Positions 37,641 to 49,024 of a stretch of DNA of 64,000 bases are shown piece after piece. Each line of letters opens with the position of its first letter. Position 1 is the stretch's first letter. The DNA is from Harriotta raleighana (taxonomy: Eukaryota): assembly GCA_050575255.1 (NCBI GenBank), contig JBNZDD010013568.1, positions 1,481,243-1,545,242 on the forward strand, in the 5' to 3' direction. The notes under the pieces are model-generated. The model did not search any database. It was not told the origin of the DNA and was given only the letters and a program-made list of their open reading frames with translations. The translations under genes were made by a program, and so were the position numbers.

Positions 37641-38304
37641 CTATACTGTCAACCCCTGTCCAGCCAGGGTTTTCTGCATGATATCAATGCTTCGAGGCCT
37701 TGTTTTTACACCAAGATATTTTAACTAGATTTGTTTTATCAGTTTCCTTTATGATTTAGAAACACAGTGGTTATTTCCTTCCTTGATTATTTTCCACTCT
37801 CTCAGTCTGTAAACCTCAGCCTACTTCATGTCCATGGACTTTCTGCACCAATCTATGTTGTTGAGTTTCTATAAAGTATCTTTCATAAGAGGCCTCGCGG
37901 ACTACTTTCCATGCTCCTTGCCTCTTCCTGAAGTCCAGGAATGAACTGGACCCATAGCTATATGAATGTACAAGCGTTATACAAATATAATTTGTTATTG
38001 TATGCATTGTAATAACAACTTGCATTTTGAAATGGTTTCTTCGCACGGGGTAATGTCTCAGACTACCTAACAATGGCAGAGTTTGATGTCGAGCAGGGAG
38101 AGAGGGCAGGTGACTGTAAGCACGGAGAAGGGAATTGTATAACATTATACATATCTCAATGTTATATGGTATCTGTCAGTCATGTGGGACTGGGACATAA
38201 ATTGATTTCTCTGAGCAATACTCTTTGGTTCAGAATTCCATTAGAGTTACCAGGTTAGAGTTAGATGCCCTCAGTAAAGGTCAGTAGTAAATAGTTTGCG
38301 CAGT

Positions 38305-38605
38305 GCCCAGGACTAACACTTCTCTAATATTATCTCTCTAATTCATTACCTCATTTATAACTTCCACTTTGATCCCATAAGCTTTCATTTCAGGCCTGAG
38401 TTTGGGAACCTTATCAAAGTGTGTTCTAAATGTGAGCTGTGTAACACCAAAGGGACCTGCTTCTGTGTGCTCAATGGCTTTTCCTCATCCATGACCTTCC
38501 TTATGTTCTTATCTAATCTTCTACAAACTCTCTTCTATCCTCAGTGAATTTGGAGGAATTAGCAATGCATGACCTGCCTTTGATAAGTACCTGCTGGCTT
38601 TAGGT
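38305..38605 (-). mobile_element. CR1 reverse-transcriptase fragment (a second weaker piece at about 37815-37900)
   Basis: The minus strand reads SQQVLIKGRSCIAN and FDKVPKLRPEMKAYGIK, matching QHGF.KGRSCLTN and AFDKVPH.RL..KL.AYGI. Confidence 0.7.
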
Positions 38606-38959
38606 TTATTGCATTTCTCTCCTGAGATGCTCTTGAGTTGCTATCTTTACAAGAGACCAACACTTTCCAATTAGCTGTTGACTTAATAGACTTGATTCCG
38701 CCAAATTTCAGAAGCTAGTCATAGAGCATTGTCACCCGATGCCATCGCCAGCTCTAGAATGGAGGACGGCAGACTCACTTTACTCTGTAAAAACACATCA
38801 TCTTACTCCCCATCAGCATCTACTCATTGGTTCACTGAGGAGAGACATTATTCATTCCAAAGTAGCAGTCAGTTAATGAAATCGACCACATTGGATTGAT
38901 CAGTCCTTCAGTTATTAGTGATACGCTTCTATACTTTCCCTGATTATTCCAGGTATGGC

Positions 38960-39152
38960 AGACGGGACGCTGCTGTGCGCACTTTCACTCACAAGATATA
39001 CAGTCAATTCACTTTACAGTACATTCTGTGAAGCGCTTTGAGACATCTATAATAATAATAATCCTTACATTTATATAGCGCTTTCCACATCTTATCGACG
39101 TCCCAAGTCTAGGAGACGTGAAAAGCGCTATATCAAATGCAAGGATTATTAT
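38960..39152 (+). mobile_element. Young SINE 3' half carrying a nested antisense tail of the same family (39050-39107)
   Basis: The host tail gcgctttgagacatcta|...|tctaggagacgtgaaaagcgctatatcaaatgcaaggattatt is split by (taa)n-tccttacatttatatagcgctttccacatc. Confidence 0.8.
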
Positions 39153-40877
39153 GTTCGTATCTTCTGGTTTGTGTGTATCTGTGGATGTCAGGCTGAACTG
39201 TTATTCTCTCCCACGGTTGAAGAGGCTATTATAACTCAGTTTCAAAGCTCACACATGCAAATTATAATAATAATAATGCATTTGCATTTGATATAGTGTC
39301 TTTTCACACCTCCGAGACATCTCAATGGAATGAGAATTGACTGTATTTTGTGGAGCCAAACTGTCCGTTGACTGAAGCACCAAAGGACACGTGATGGACC
39401 AGATTTCTGTAGCAGAAAGAAGGGAATCAAATCATCAGGAGATGAGGCAAAACATAATTTTCTTCATTCAGGGGCAGTAAACAGCTAAAGGCAAAATTTC
39501 TGCCTAATAGTCTCCTGCCACAATAAAACCTATTTCGGTGGAACTTGACAGAAGTGTTTGGTGGAATGCTAACGCCTGAAACCTCAATGTGATTTCAACA
39601 CAGCTTCCATACTCTTTCCCGAGGCTGCCTGCTGGGACCTATTAGGATGCATGTTGCTCAATCCCTGCCAGCTCACCAAAACAATTTTGTTATACAATAC
39701 AACACAAATTTTTGCTCTGAATCAGATGGACAAAGAGCCAGCCAGAAAGAGGTGGGGGGAAAAAAAGCACGTCACAGTACATTTGTTTGAACACAAAGAT
39801 GGGCTGTTCTGAGTTGCAAGTGGTTTAATGAAGTGTCACTGGGGATTCCTAGAAGAGGGAGATACAATTAACATCGGTGTCGCAAAGCCTTTCTGCTTAT
39901 GACATCAACGGGGAATTTCAATCCTACGACTGCAGAACTTACACTGTGTTTACAGTAAGGGAGAGATCAAGGAATTGAAGAGAGCCCCATGACCAGTGAT
40001 TAACATGTGCAGGTTTCTAAACTTCCTCACAGGGATTGAGTGGTGAGCAGGAGAATAAGTGATATGAAATGGATTAACTTTCAATCACAGAATATACCCA
40101 ACAATCTGCGGTTTCCTTCCTCGACATGCTGGAGGCCGCAAGAGGCAGAGCTATGTATAGTTTTCTGAGAAGGAATGATCTTGCTGGGCATTCACTTCAA
40201 ATGCAATTAAAGCGTTGTACAAATAAATGACTGAGGTGAAGATGAAATACCTTTTAAAGAAAACTAACTTTGGAGTACTCGGCCACAGAAAAATGCAACC
40301 TATTCAACTCCTAGAAATGTTGGCAATGTTGTATTTTCTTGCTTTATCTAAGTTTAAAGAGTTACTGCCAAAGTAGTCAAAGATCTAAATTGATGTGGGC
40401 TACATTTCCATATTAAGAAAATTTTATCACTGACTGACCTGGGCAGGTTAGGCCATCATAGACCCCCCGATAACTGTACAGAGCCACCCTTTTCGCGTAC
40501 TATTTTCCTCTAGTTTTTCTCCTGGATCCCATCCAATGTGGAATCATTCCCTGTACCTAAGGAGGGCAGCAAGGCACATAAGTGTAAGGTCTATCCCTGT
40601 CACCCCCCACCTCATCATCTTGGTTCTACAATCATTTGGTATTTTGTCCAAGTGGCTGTTCGTCACGAATGACCCGAGTTGATGAGTGTCATTCAAGGAC
40701 CAACATTGCTGGGAGATGTAATCCTGTTCTTATATGTATTTTCTGACCTTGTCACTAGCTAAACACTGGGAATCAGAGCTGGAGAAATTCATAGCAGAGA
40801 GAGCAGGGCCATTTGACCTGAGTGATACAGCAATCCATTTAGTCCCAGCCTCCAGACCTTTAAACAACACTTTAGTT

Positions 40878-41122
40878 CGGGAGAAATTACACCAGGTTCC
40901 AGATTTTTTCTAATTTATGTCACATTTCAGAATGTCTAGAATTTGGCAAATCCTTAATCACAGACTGAATTCTCAAACAGTTTTATTCTGGAAGTTTATT
41001 TTAGAAGCAAAATAAAAAAAATAGTTCACAGTTGAGACTGAATTCAATAATTTAGCAAATTCTAGACCTTGTTAAAACGCTACATAAAGAAAGCAAATCT
41101 AGATCCAAATGCGCATTTCTTC
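40878..41122. mobile_element. Imperfectly palindromic MITE-like element inserted in a CR1 3' end
   Basis: Left arm tttatgtcacatttcagaatgtctagaatttggcaaat pairs with right arm atttagcaaattctagaccttgttaaaacgctacataaa. A homologous copy lies in opposite orientation at 45765-45978. Confidence 0.65.
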
Positions 41123-42125
41123 CTATGCATTTTTCCTTTTTAGATACTTATCCAATTTCCCTTTGAAAGCTAATGTGGATTATGCCTTGACCATGGCCCC
41201 AGGCAGGGCATAAACAAACTGCCTTAGTTTCCTTTTCCATTTAGTTTGGAATTGCTGCTGCCCATTCTAACCCCTCACTGGAGCTCAGCCACCAAACTCA
41301 ACATGGCCGTCGTTGAGGTGTGCGGAGGTCTTGGCTCCATAAGCGCTCTGAGACGCCGTCCGGCATGGAGGGCGCTATGTGAATCAAAGTTGTCGTTGTT
41401 GTTGGCCTGGCTTGTGTTGTTATTGCTTTGGAGAAAGTTAAGTTAATACCTTGAGCATAACATCCCCGGGTTTATCTGAGGCCATCTGAAAACTCTAACC
41501 AGATGGGCAGTTACATCGCTTCAAAAAGAAGTGCGATAAATAAATATCCAGCCCAACAAATGATGGGGGAGAAATCATGTGAAGGATGAACACTCTTACA
41601 ATACCTTGAACACAGCAGCAAATAAACACAGGATTTATTATTTGATATTGGAATCAATCACCCAATGTTAATTTCCCACAGGGAGCTGGGTATAAGATTT
41701 CACAGGACTGATAGCTTTGCTGCCTCGTTAACTTTGCATTTGGATTTATCTTTTGAATTGATGCCATATTTCACTCGGATGTACTGCGAGAGGTGATTTG
41801 ATGCTCTGCTATTCACATAACAAATATAAGTGGTCGTGACACTGGCCCCATTATTCCGTGTTGTTGAATCCTCCTGCAGACTAATGGCTCAGGTCTGATA
41901 TTTTAAAAGACATTTACAGTTTCTATGGCAACAGAATGCTGATAACATCCTTCACATACTCTGGGGATTGAGGGACACAGCTGTGGTTTAGCAGAGTAAT
42001 GGGAAGTTTAAAGAAGCTGTACTGGTGACAAGCTCAGGATGGAAGAGTGATTTGATTTGTCTTTTTGCTCCGGTGTCTGCCGCGTTGTGCGGAGCAGGGA
42101 TTTGTGCAGGGAGGCGGCTGTGTGT

Positions 42126-42162
<37 letters not shown>

Positions 42163-42893
42163 CTGTGGGTAACTGTTACTCCCATCCGCTGCTCAGCGGT
42201 GAAAGGGGAAATTGGGGAGAACGTAAAATGAAGATCAGCAGGCGTACATTGGTAAACGTTGGTGAGGTGATTCAGGGCCAAAATTTCAGGGCAGCATTTC
42301 CTATTGTAATGAGTTTCTTTAATAATTGAGTCCAGGAACCAGATGCAGAACTTGCAGCAGCACACGAGAGATCGATTCCTTCCCAATTGAGTTCCCAAGG
42401 TTGTAGTTTAGACCCCACTGTGATATTGCTTTACCTGTAAAAGGCTTCCATGCCTGACTCCCTAACATTAGCTTTTGGGGCATTTAGTGACTGCATTGCA
42501 GACTTCAACTTGAAATGCTTGTTTCACTGTGAGCAAACAGGATTCGAATTGAGAACTGTCCTGTCAATCTCTGAGCCACAAACAAAATTACATTTGTATA
42601 GTGCTTTTCACATCAGGACGATGTCCCAAGGGGCTGGACAAACAATAAACTTACTGGAGAGAATGGTAAACTCCATTAAACATATTAATAGCCAAGTACA
42701 ATGCAAATGCACAGGCTATGCTTTGAAATGGAGCTGAGTGAGGTACAGTAATAAGGTTAGCTAGATCTAGATGTTTGGGGTTGTAACAAGTCTAATAACT
42801 CCTGTATAATCTGACAACATCCTAATTGGTACATTGTGTTAGAACTGTATGTTTTTCCAATAGCAGTAACAAATTGCCTGCCATGCAGAATAA

Positions 42894-42937
42894 TATGGGA
42901 GGAATACATGAATTTATGGGAGGAATACATGAATTTA
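42894..42937. repeat. 21-bp tandem duplication
   Basis: tatgggaggaatacatgaatt x2. Confidence 0.85.
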
Positions 42938-44886
42938 AACCAGATGATTCAGCTGCGATCAGAGGCTGCTGTCAGACATCACAAGGGGATTAGGTAAAGC
43001 CACATGATGGGGCGAGGAGGAGGAATCCTAAGTCAAACCTCCTATTAGCAGGTGCGTAAGTCTCAGAGGTGAGATGTTCTAACCCACGACTCCACACAGG
43101 CACCTTCACAACACTAACAAAGCTACATTTCCAGAGCACCTTTCACATCGGGAGGACTGTGTAGAACGAGAACACTGGTGAAATGGTAAAGCCTGTTATC
43201 AGCTTCCACCCTGCGGTCAGCTGTGAAGACTGTGGAAAGCACTGAATGGTACCAGGAGCTCTCACTTTGTTTCTATCGCCTTTAGTAGGCCGTCCTGTCT
43301 CTTCAAGACTCCTGCTCTCCGGGACAGCGAGTGGAAGCTCGGAATCACACTTTGGGTGGAGAATGAGGGAAGGGAAAATGTAACTTGCCAATTGTTTCCT
43401 TTAAGCAATCACAAGACTACAGCAAAAGGCCAAAAAGTCAAAGCATGATTACACCTTAAAAGTGCAGCTGATCGTGCAGATTCACCATACACCCAGCTCA
43501 GTCGCCGTCCGCTCTGATGTGATTCAGTATTAACTGAGAACGAGATGCTCAGTCATGCTAATGGCAGATTTCAGTGATGTGAGCCAAGGAGGTCTACGCA
43601 ATTCATAAAATATTCGTTACCATCACTGTATTCAGCACAAAGGTCGTGGAAATCACCTCAACCAGTGACTGAAACACATTATCTTCAAATTACTCCTCAT
43701 TTGCAATCCTGCAATTCAGTGTATGAGGCGGAGAGCATGTTAACCTGTGGACAAATACCCACCATTTTATACCAAAAGAGAACTAACAACCAATCATTTC
43801 AGGAGACCTCAATTTGGGTTTCAATTTTTCTTTTGAATAAATTGCTGCTGCGGCTATTATTTTACAACAGAAAATCATCCGAGTTTCCTCTCTAATTAAA
43901 AAGAGCTTTTATAATATAAAATACTCCTTCCTTTTACTGAAGTATTTGTCTTCTTCTGGGAGCAACCTCTAACCCTCTCTGTCCACATCGATGCTTTCAA
44001 AGTGTCTTCAGAGAGTTACAAAGCTCAACATAATAAATCCCGGTTATAAATGACTGTGCTGGGTTTGCACTAACAATCTACCATGGGGGGATAGCATCTT
44101 GATAGTACCATAAATCATGAGCAGCCCATCTGCCTAACCTATGACTGTTCTCTAGCCCAACTCGAGTAAACCAGTTACTCCATTTATGAAATTGTAAAAG
44201 AAACAATTTCTACTGCTTCAACGTGGAATGACTTTAGACTCCCACTTGCTGTTAGGTGTTTGTTCTATTGATCTTTTAAGAACAACTCTGCCATATATAT
44301 ATATATTGACAAATTTAAATTCAGTCATCGAGACATCGGTCACGTAAGACGTTTAATGCAGCCATAATTACTTATTGGCTGTGTATTGACGCAGCGACGG
44401 CTGAATATAATTGAGATCATCAGGAAAGACGCTTGAATTTGTCTCCTGCGAAGGGGTATTGCATTCTCAAAGTCAGACATCGAAAAAAAGAAATGTGGTC
44501 TGTTGAATTGCCCATGTGAAGGGTAGAAATGGGACTTTGTTTATGCACATTGGTGGCTCTGTGTTACCCCCAGCCCCACATTGTATGCTTTACAACAGCT
44601 GGTTCAAAGCTTGGAGCAGATCTTCTGTTCTGAACTGGCCAATGTAAGGTCTATCTTTGGCATATTCCCCTTGTATTCACTCTAGTCTTGAGCTGAAGGA
44701 CAATGCCAAATGTCAGTACAAATGCCAACAGCCACCTAGCTTTGGTTATGTGGCACCAATCCTGCCCTCAGTGGACAGGAGCTTATTTACCACGCACCCA
44801 TCGCAGCGTTGAGCTGTGCTTTTTAAATGAATTGTTTTTTTAAATAAGTAACCACCCTTCCTGGCAAACCGTTCCAGTTGTTAAGT

Positions 44887-44988
44887 TCTTATTTACTCTC
44901 TAGCTGAAGAATCTTATTTACTCTCTAGCTGAAGAATCTTATTTACTCTCTAGCTGAAGAATCTTATTTACTCTCTAGCTGAAGAATC
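44887..44988. repeat. Perfect 25-bp minisatellite x4 inside a decayed CR1 3' fragment
   Basis: cttatttactctctagctgaagaat at 44888, 44913, 44938 and 44963. Confidence 0.95.
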
Positions 44989-45764
44989 CTTTGTGATCTT
45001 GTGAGTTCTCCACTTCCAGAATTGAGTTGTTTTGGCTGGCTGGTTGGCTGGTTGCATCTCTACCCATTGGTGAGTGTGGAAAATATTCTTCCATCAGAAG
45101 TTTCGTCAAAACCACTGAGGGATTTGCAGTATCAGTGAGATGGGTTCTCAAACTGCTGTCTCAAAGGGAAGCTGTTCTTTCTGCTGCTGAACTATATAAA
45201 ATGCCAGTTTCTGTTGTCATTGTGAACGTTTGCTGGATATTACGCTGTGGTAATGGCTGAGATCTAGGGTGGAGGTGAAGTAGGCCGAGAATACTTAGAG
45301 CAGAGAAAACAAATAGAGGAAATATGTTATATATTTAACGACATAAGTTAATGACAATTGAATATTGATAGTGCAGGTATAAAAGAGTGAAGAATGACTT
45401 GCAGATTTGAAAGAGAGAGTGTGAAAGAGGGTTATTTGAAAGAGAGTGGCTTGTAAAGTTTCAACTAAAGGACTGAGTGAATCTACGTAGTGTGGTGTGG
45501 ATTCAATAACATCACTAAATATTTGGAAAAACAGATTCAGCGGCCTGCAAACATTCGCAATTGGGGGAATTATTGAGACTGCCAGAATAGGAACTCTGTA
45601 ATGGTATTAACTCTACTTTAGCTTCTTTAATCTCCGTGTTTATTCACTCTGAAAATTTAAGCTACAGTTCTGAGACGAATCTGAATAGCANTTTTTGTTT
45701 ACCACCCACAAATATGTGGCGTGATGCACAAGGGATTCCCCCCCCCCCCCCCCACCTTCCCCCT

Positions 45765-45978
45765 CTCTGGATTTACTTTTTTTTACATAACCTTTAGAGT
45801 GTCCAAAATTTGGCAAATTATTGAATTCAGTCTAAGCTTTAAAGCCAGCCATCTGTAGTTGATTAGCTAATTTACAGAAAGCTGGCTTCAAAATGATGGT
45901 TGTGTTTAAGAATTTGCCAAATTCTAGATGTTCTGAGATGCTACATAAATAAAATAAACCCGGGTGGAATTCCCCGCC
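45765..45978. mobile_element. Second copy of the palindromic MITE-like element, opposite orientation
   Basis: ccaaaatttggcaaattattgaattcagtct...aagaatttgccaaattctagatgttctgagatgctacataaat. Confidence 0.65.
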
Positions 45979-48722
45979 TGCCACCCCCCCCCACTCCCCC
46001 ACCAAGTATTTAACGATCAATCCGTAGAATTGTCTCTCAGTGGTGAACATTAATAAGTGGCTAATGTTTAGAGGAGGAGGAAGAAACCAGAGACAGGTCA
46101 CTCTGGAGGAGTTAGTTGAGATAAACACGAGTCCTAGCGTTGGAAATCTTAGTCCTGGTGTGTTCAGTAAGTGTTCAGACACACTGGTAAGTGCAACATA
46201 TCCTGGTCACCAAACCTCATTAAAAACACTCCGAGATTCAAACACATAAAGGCTTGAAGTATTTAATGCGATCGGCACTGCTCCAGTATTTCCCAGCTGT
46301 TCTTGCTTATGTGTTCTTGTATGATCTGAATAATTTATCAGCAATATTAACTGCAGTGGGTTAACATGCAGACAGTTTATGCTGGCTGCACATATGCCTC
46401 GCATCCAGCCAGAATATGGCCATATGCTTCTGAGCCCATTACCACTTCTCCTTCCCAAAGAGCAATGCCGACTCTTTCTCAGGATGAAAACCAATTTAAC
46501 CCTTTTTCTGCTTGCAGTAATGGGGTGTACAACATTACCCCCACTTAGTTTCCTTCCTGCTCCAAATTGACTCCCGAATTCAATAAATCAGCTGCTCACC
46601 TCAGTGTGGTTTACAGAACATTGCTGGGTACAGATTAGCTTCCGCATCTGGTTCGCATTCAGCTCCTTGGGACGTCCTCCCGACGCGAAAGGCGCTCTAT
46701 AAATGTCATTTTGTTGTTGTTGTTGTTGTTGCCTCATGAATAACACTCATTGCATTTCAAAGTGGTTTTATTTTGCATCGTGTCGTTGAACCCCAGACAG
46801 TCTGTGAAGAGCAAGTGTGCGGATTGGTCAGTCTCCGTTCCTGGTCTGGTCTTGTCTTCATTCTGGCGGCCAGCTGTAGATCAGGACAGCTGGCTGCTGA
46901 TCATGTACTTGGAAGAGACATAATAACTCTTTGGGATCTATCAAGTGGGTTGATGAGAGTCAAAAACATACTTTATTCAAAATGTCATGTCAAAATGGGA
47001 ACGTTAGAATAGAATCACAACGCAACATTATTAATATCAGGTTTACCTATTGTTTTCCAGTTTAATTGCGAGACCCATCAGAGAGGACAACTTTCACATC
47101 AGATAATAGGACATCAGTAAGCCCCATAATAGGGTCACAGCAAGTTATTGCATAGGAGACAGCGAGCCATATGGTTAAATATGAATTATAATAGCACAGT
47201 AATAATAATCCTCGCATTTGGTACTCTTGTGGAAAGCACACTTGACATTGTCAATGAGGAACTGGGTCCAGTGAGACTTTAACAGGCTAATAAATAATTG
47301 GTCTAAGCAGTTAACCAGCCAAACTATTTATCACGTACTTGTTCCAATCTAATTTTCCTGTTGAGATTGAGCGAGGCGACTGCAAAATTGGTCAAGTCAG
47401 CGCCTGTCTTATTTATTTCAGTCAGGTCATCATTTCACTTGTTTCTGGATTTTCTTCTATTTAATGGAAGTCCAACATGGAACTGATTTTGTTGTATGTG
47501 GTAGGTAGTAAGTGATTAAATTGATAATTCCAATCACGCGGCCACAATACTCTGCAATTCTTCTAAATTAATCCAGTTATACTGCCAGACCTGCGACTGG
47601 TTGCTGCCCTCGGACTGACATTGGGATTGTATGTGGGCTATATGATGCCCTACTACAACTGTATTTATTTTCTGTACTTACCCAGCCTGAGACCTGGAAG
47701 CTTGGGACAGTTGTGCTGCATTAGTGAACTGTAAAATTGTTTGGTGATTCTCAGCGCATTTAGGTAAAGAGTTAGGAATCGCGTCTCTCAGGCGAGTAAT
47801 GCTGAAAGTACAGTACTGAGTTTAAACTAAATATTGAAAGCAATTCTGAGAGTGAATGGTGATTTCCATCCTCCCAGCACTGACATACACTGGAACAGGC
47901 CTGCGCTCTGCTGGTCACACACAAACACTACAATGTGGAATCTGGTGTGAACAAGAAGACAGCGGGCAAAGGCGATATCAAATCATAAAACCAGAGCAGC
48001 CTTGTTCTTCAAATGCCAAAAGAACAAATCGCCAAATGATTTGCGAGGATTCTTCATAACGGATTCTGGTCCCTGCATCCGCCCAAGTGAAGGCAGCAGC
48101 CTAAACGGCTGGAGACGTGAGTGACTCTCGGGCCGCTGCTGACGATGTTCTGCTTTCCAGCCAGCAGACGAAGAGTGTGGGTCTCTGCCTCCAATCAGGT
48201 CTCTGACCTCTTTTGCTCTGGACCTTCCTGTTAGTATCAGATCACTGTGTGTAAGCCTGGCCTTTGGTACAGTGGCCACTCCAGCACATTTCTCTATCGG
48301 GACAGTTGTGTTATTTGTTGTTTCCATTAAAGACCAAAAGTATTGGAACACGTTTTTAATTGAAGATACTGTTCCTCTCCACCCCTTCTGACTTGCTCCT
48401 CCATCTTTCTTTAAATTCCCCCGTCAAAACTACCTTCCTTCCGCGCCAATGATCACCATCCCTTTCTGTCTCCAGGACATCCATCCACTCCATCCACCCC
48501 CCACCCCCCATCCTCACCCACATCTGAACTGTTTGACAAAGTACATACAAGTTACAAGGGTCTAGTGCCTTCAGCTGTTTATGTGTTTACTCATAGCATC
48601 AACGAAGGCAGCAATATAAATGCAATTTGTTGTTGTTGTTGATGTTTAATTCCAGTAGGGCTGGGAGTTGCAGGTCCCTCTCAGACACTGGGTTCGGGGA
48701 GTGAGTGTGGCAGTTCGGGACA

Positions 48723-49024
48723 GAGCACAGGAGCCCAGGCACCTTACCCGTTGGGAATTTTCAGCCCCGGAGCCAGGAAGGAGGAGGGTGATTCTGACTG
48801 ATGTGGGCTGCTGATCCTTGTGGTTTGTAATGTGCACCAGATGGCGGTTTTGGGCAACTCACCGAGAGCGNGAGCACAGGAGCCCAGGCACCTTACCCGT
48901 TGGGAATTTTCAGCCCCGGAGTGAAGCCAGGAAGGAGGAGGGTGATTCCGACTGATGTGGGCTGCTGATCCTTGTGGTTTGTAATGTGCACCAGATGGCG
49001 GTTTTGGGCAACTCACCGAGAGCG
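48723..49024. repeat. Duplication of about 150 bp across the N at 48871; probable haplotype overlap
   Basis: 48723-48870 vs 48872-49024 differ by a 5-bp indel and one SNP. Confidence 0.85.
48834..48847 (+). promoter_or_regulatory. Candidate CTCF core motif (repeated at 48988-49001)
   Basis: GCACCAGATGGCGG matches CCASYAGRKGGCRS at 13 of 14 positions. Confidence 0.35.

Noticed and set aside
44690-44790. Faint resemblance to the LF-SINE core; faint 5S-like pieces at about 21900-21965 and 63680-63745
   Set aside because: Too diverged to support by eye; needs an HMM search.
44887-44988. 25-bp direct repeats as a possible CRISPR array
   Set aside because: Head-to-tail repeats with no spacers, vertebrate context, no cas genes.
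45691-45691. N junction
   Set aside because: No flanking duplication seen; ordinary gap.
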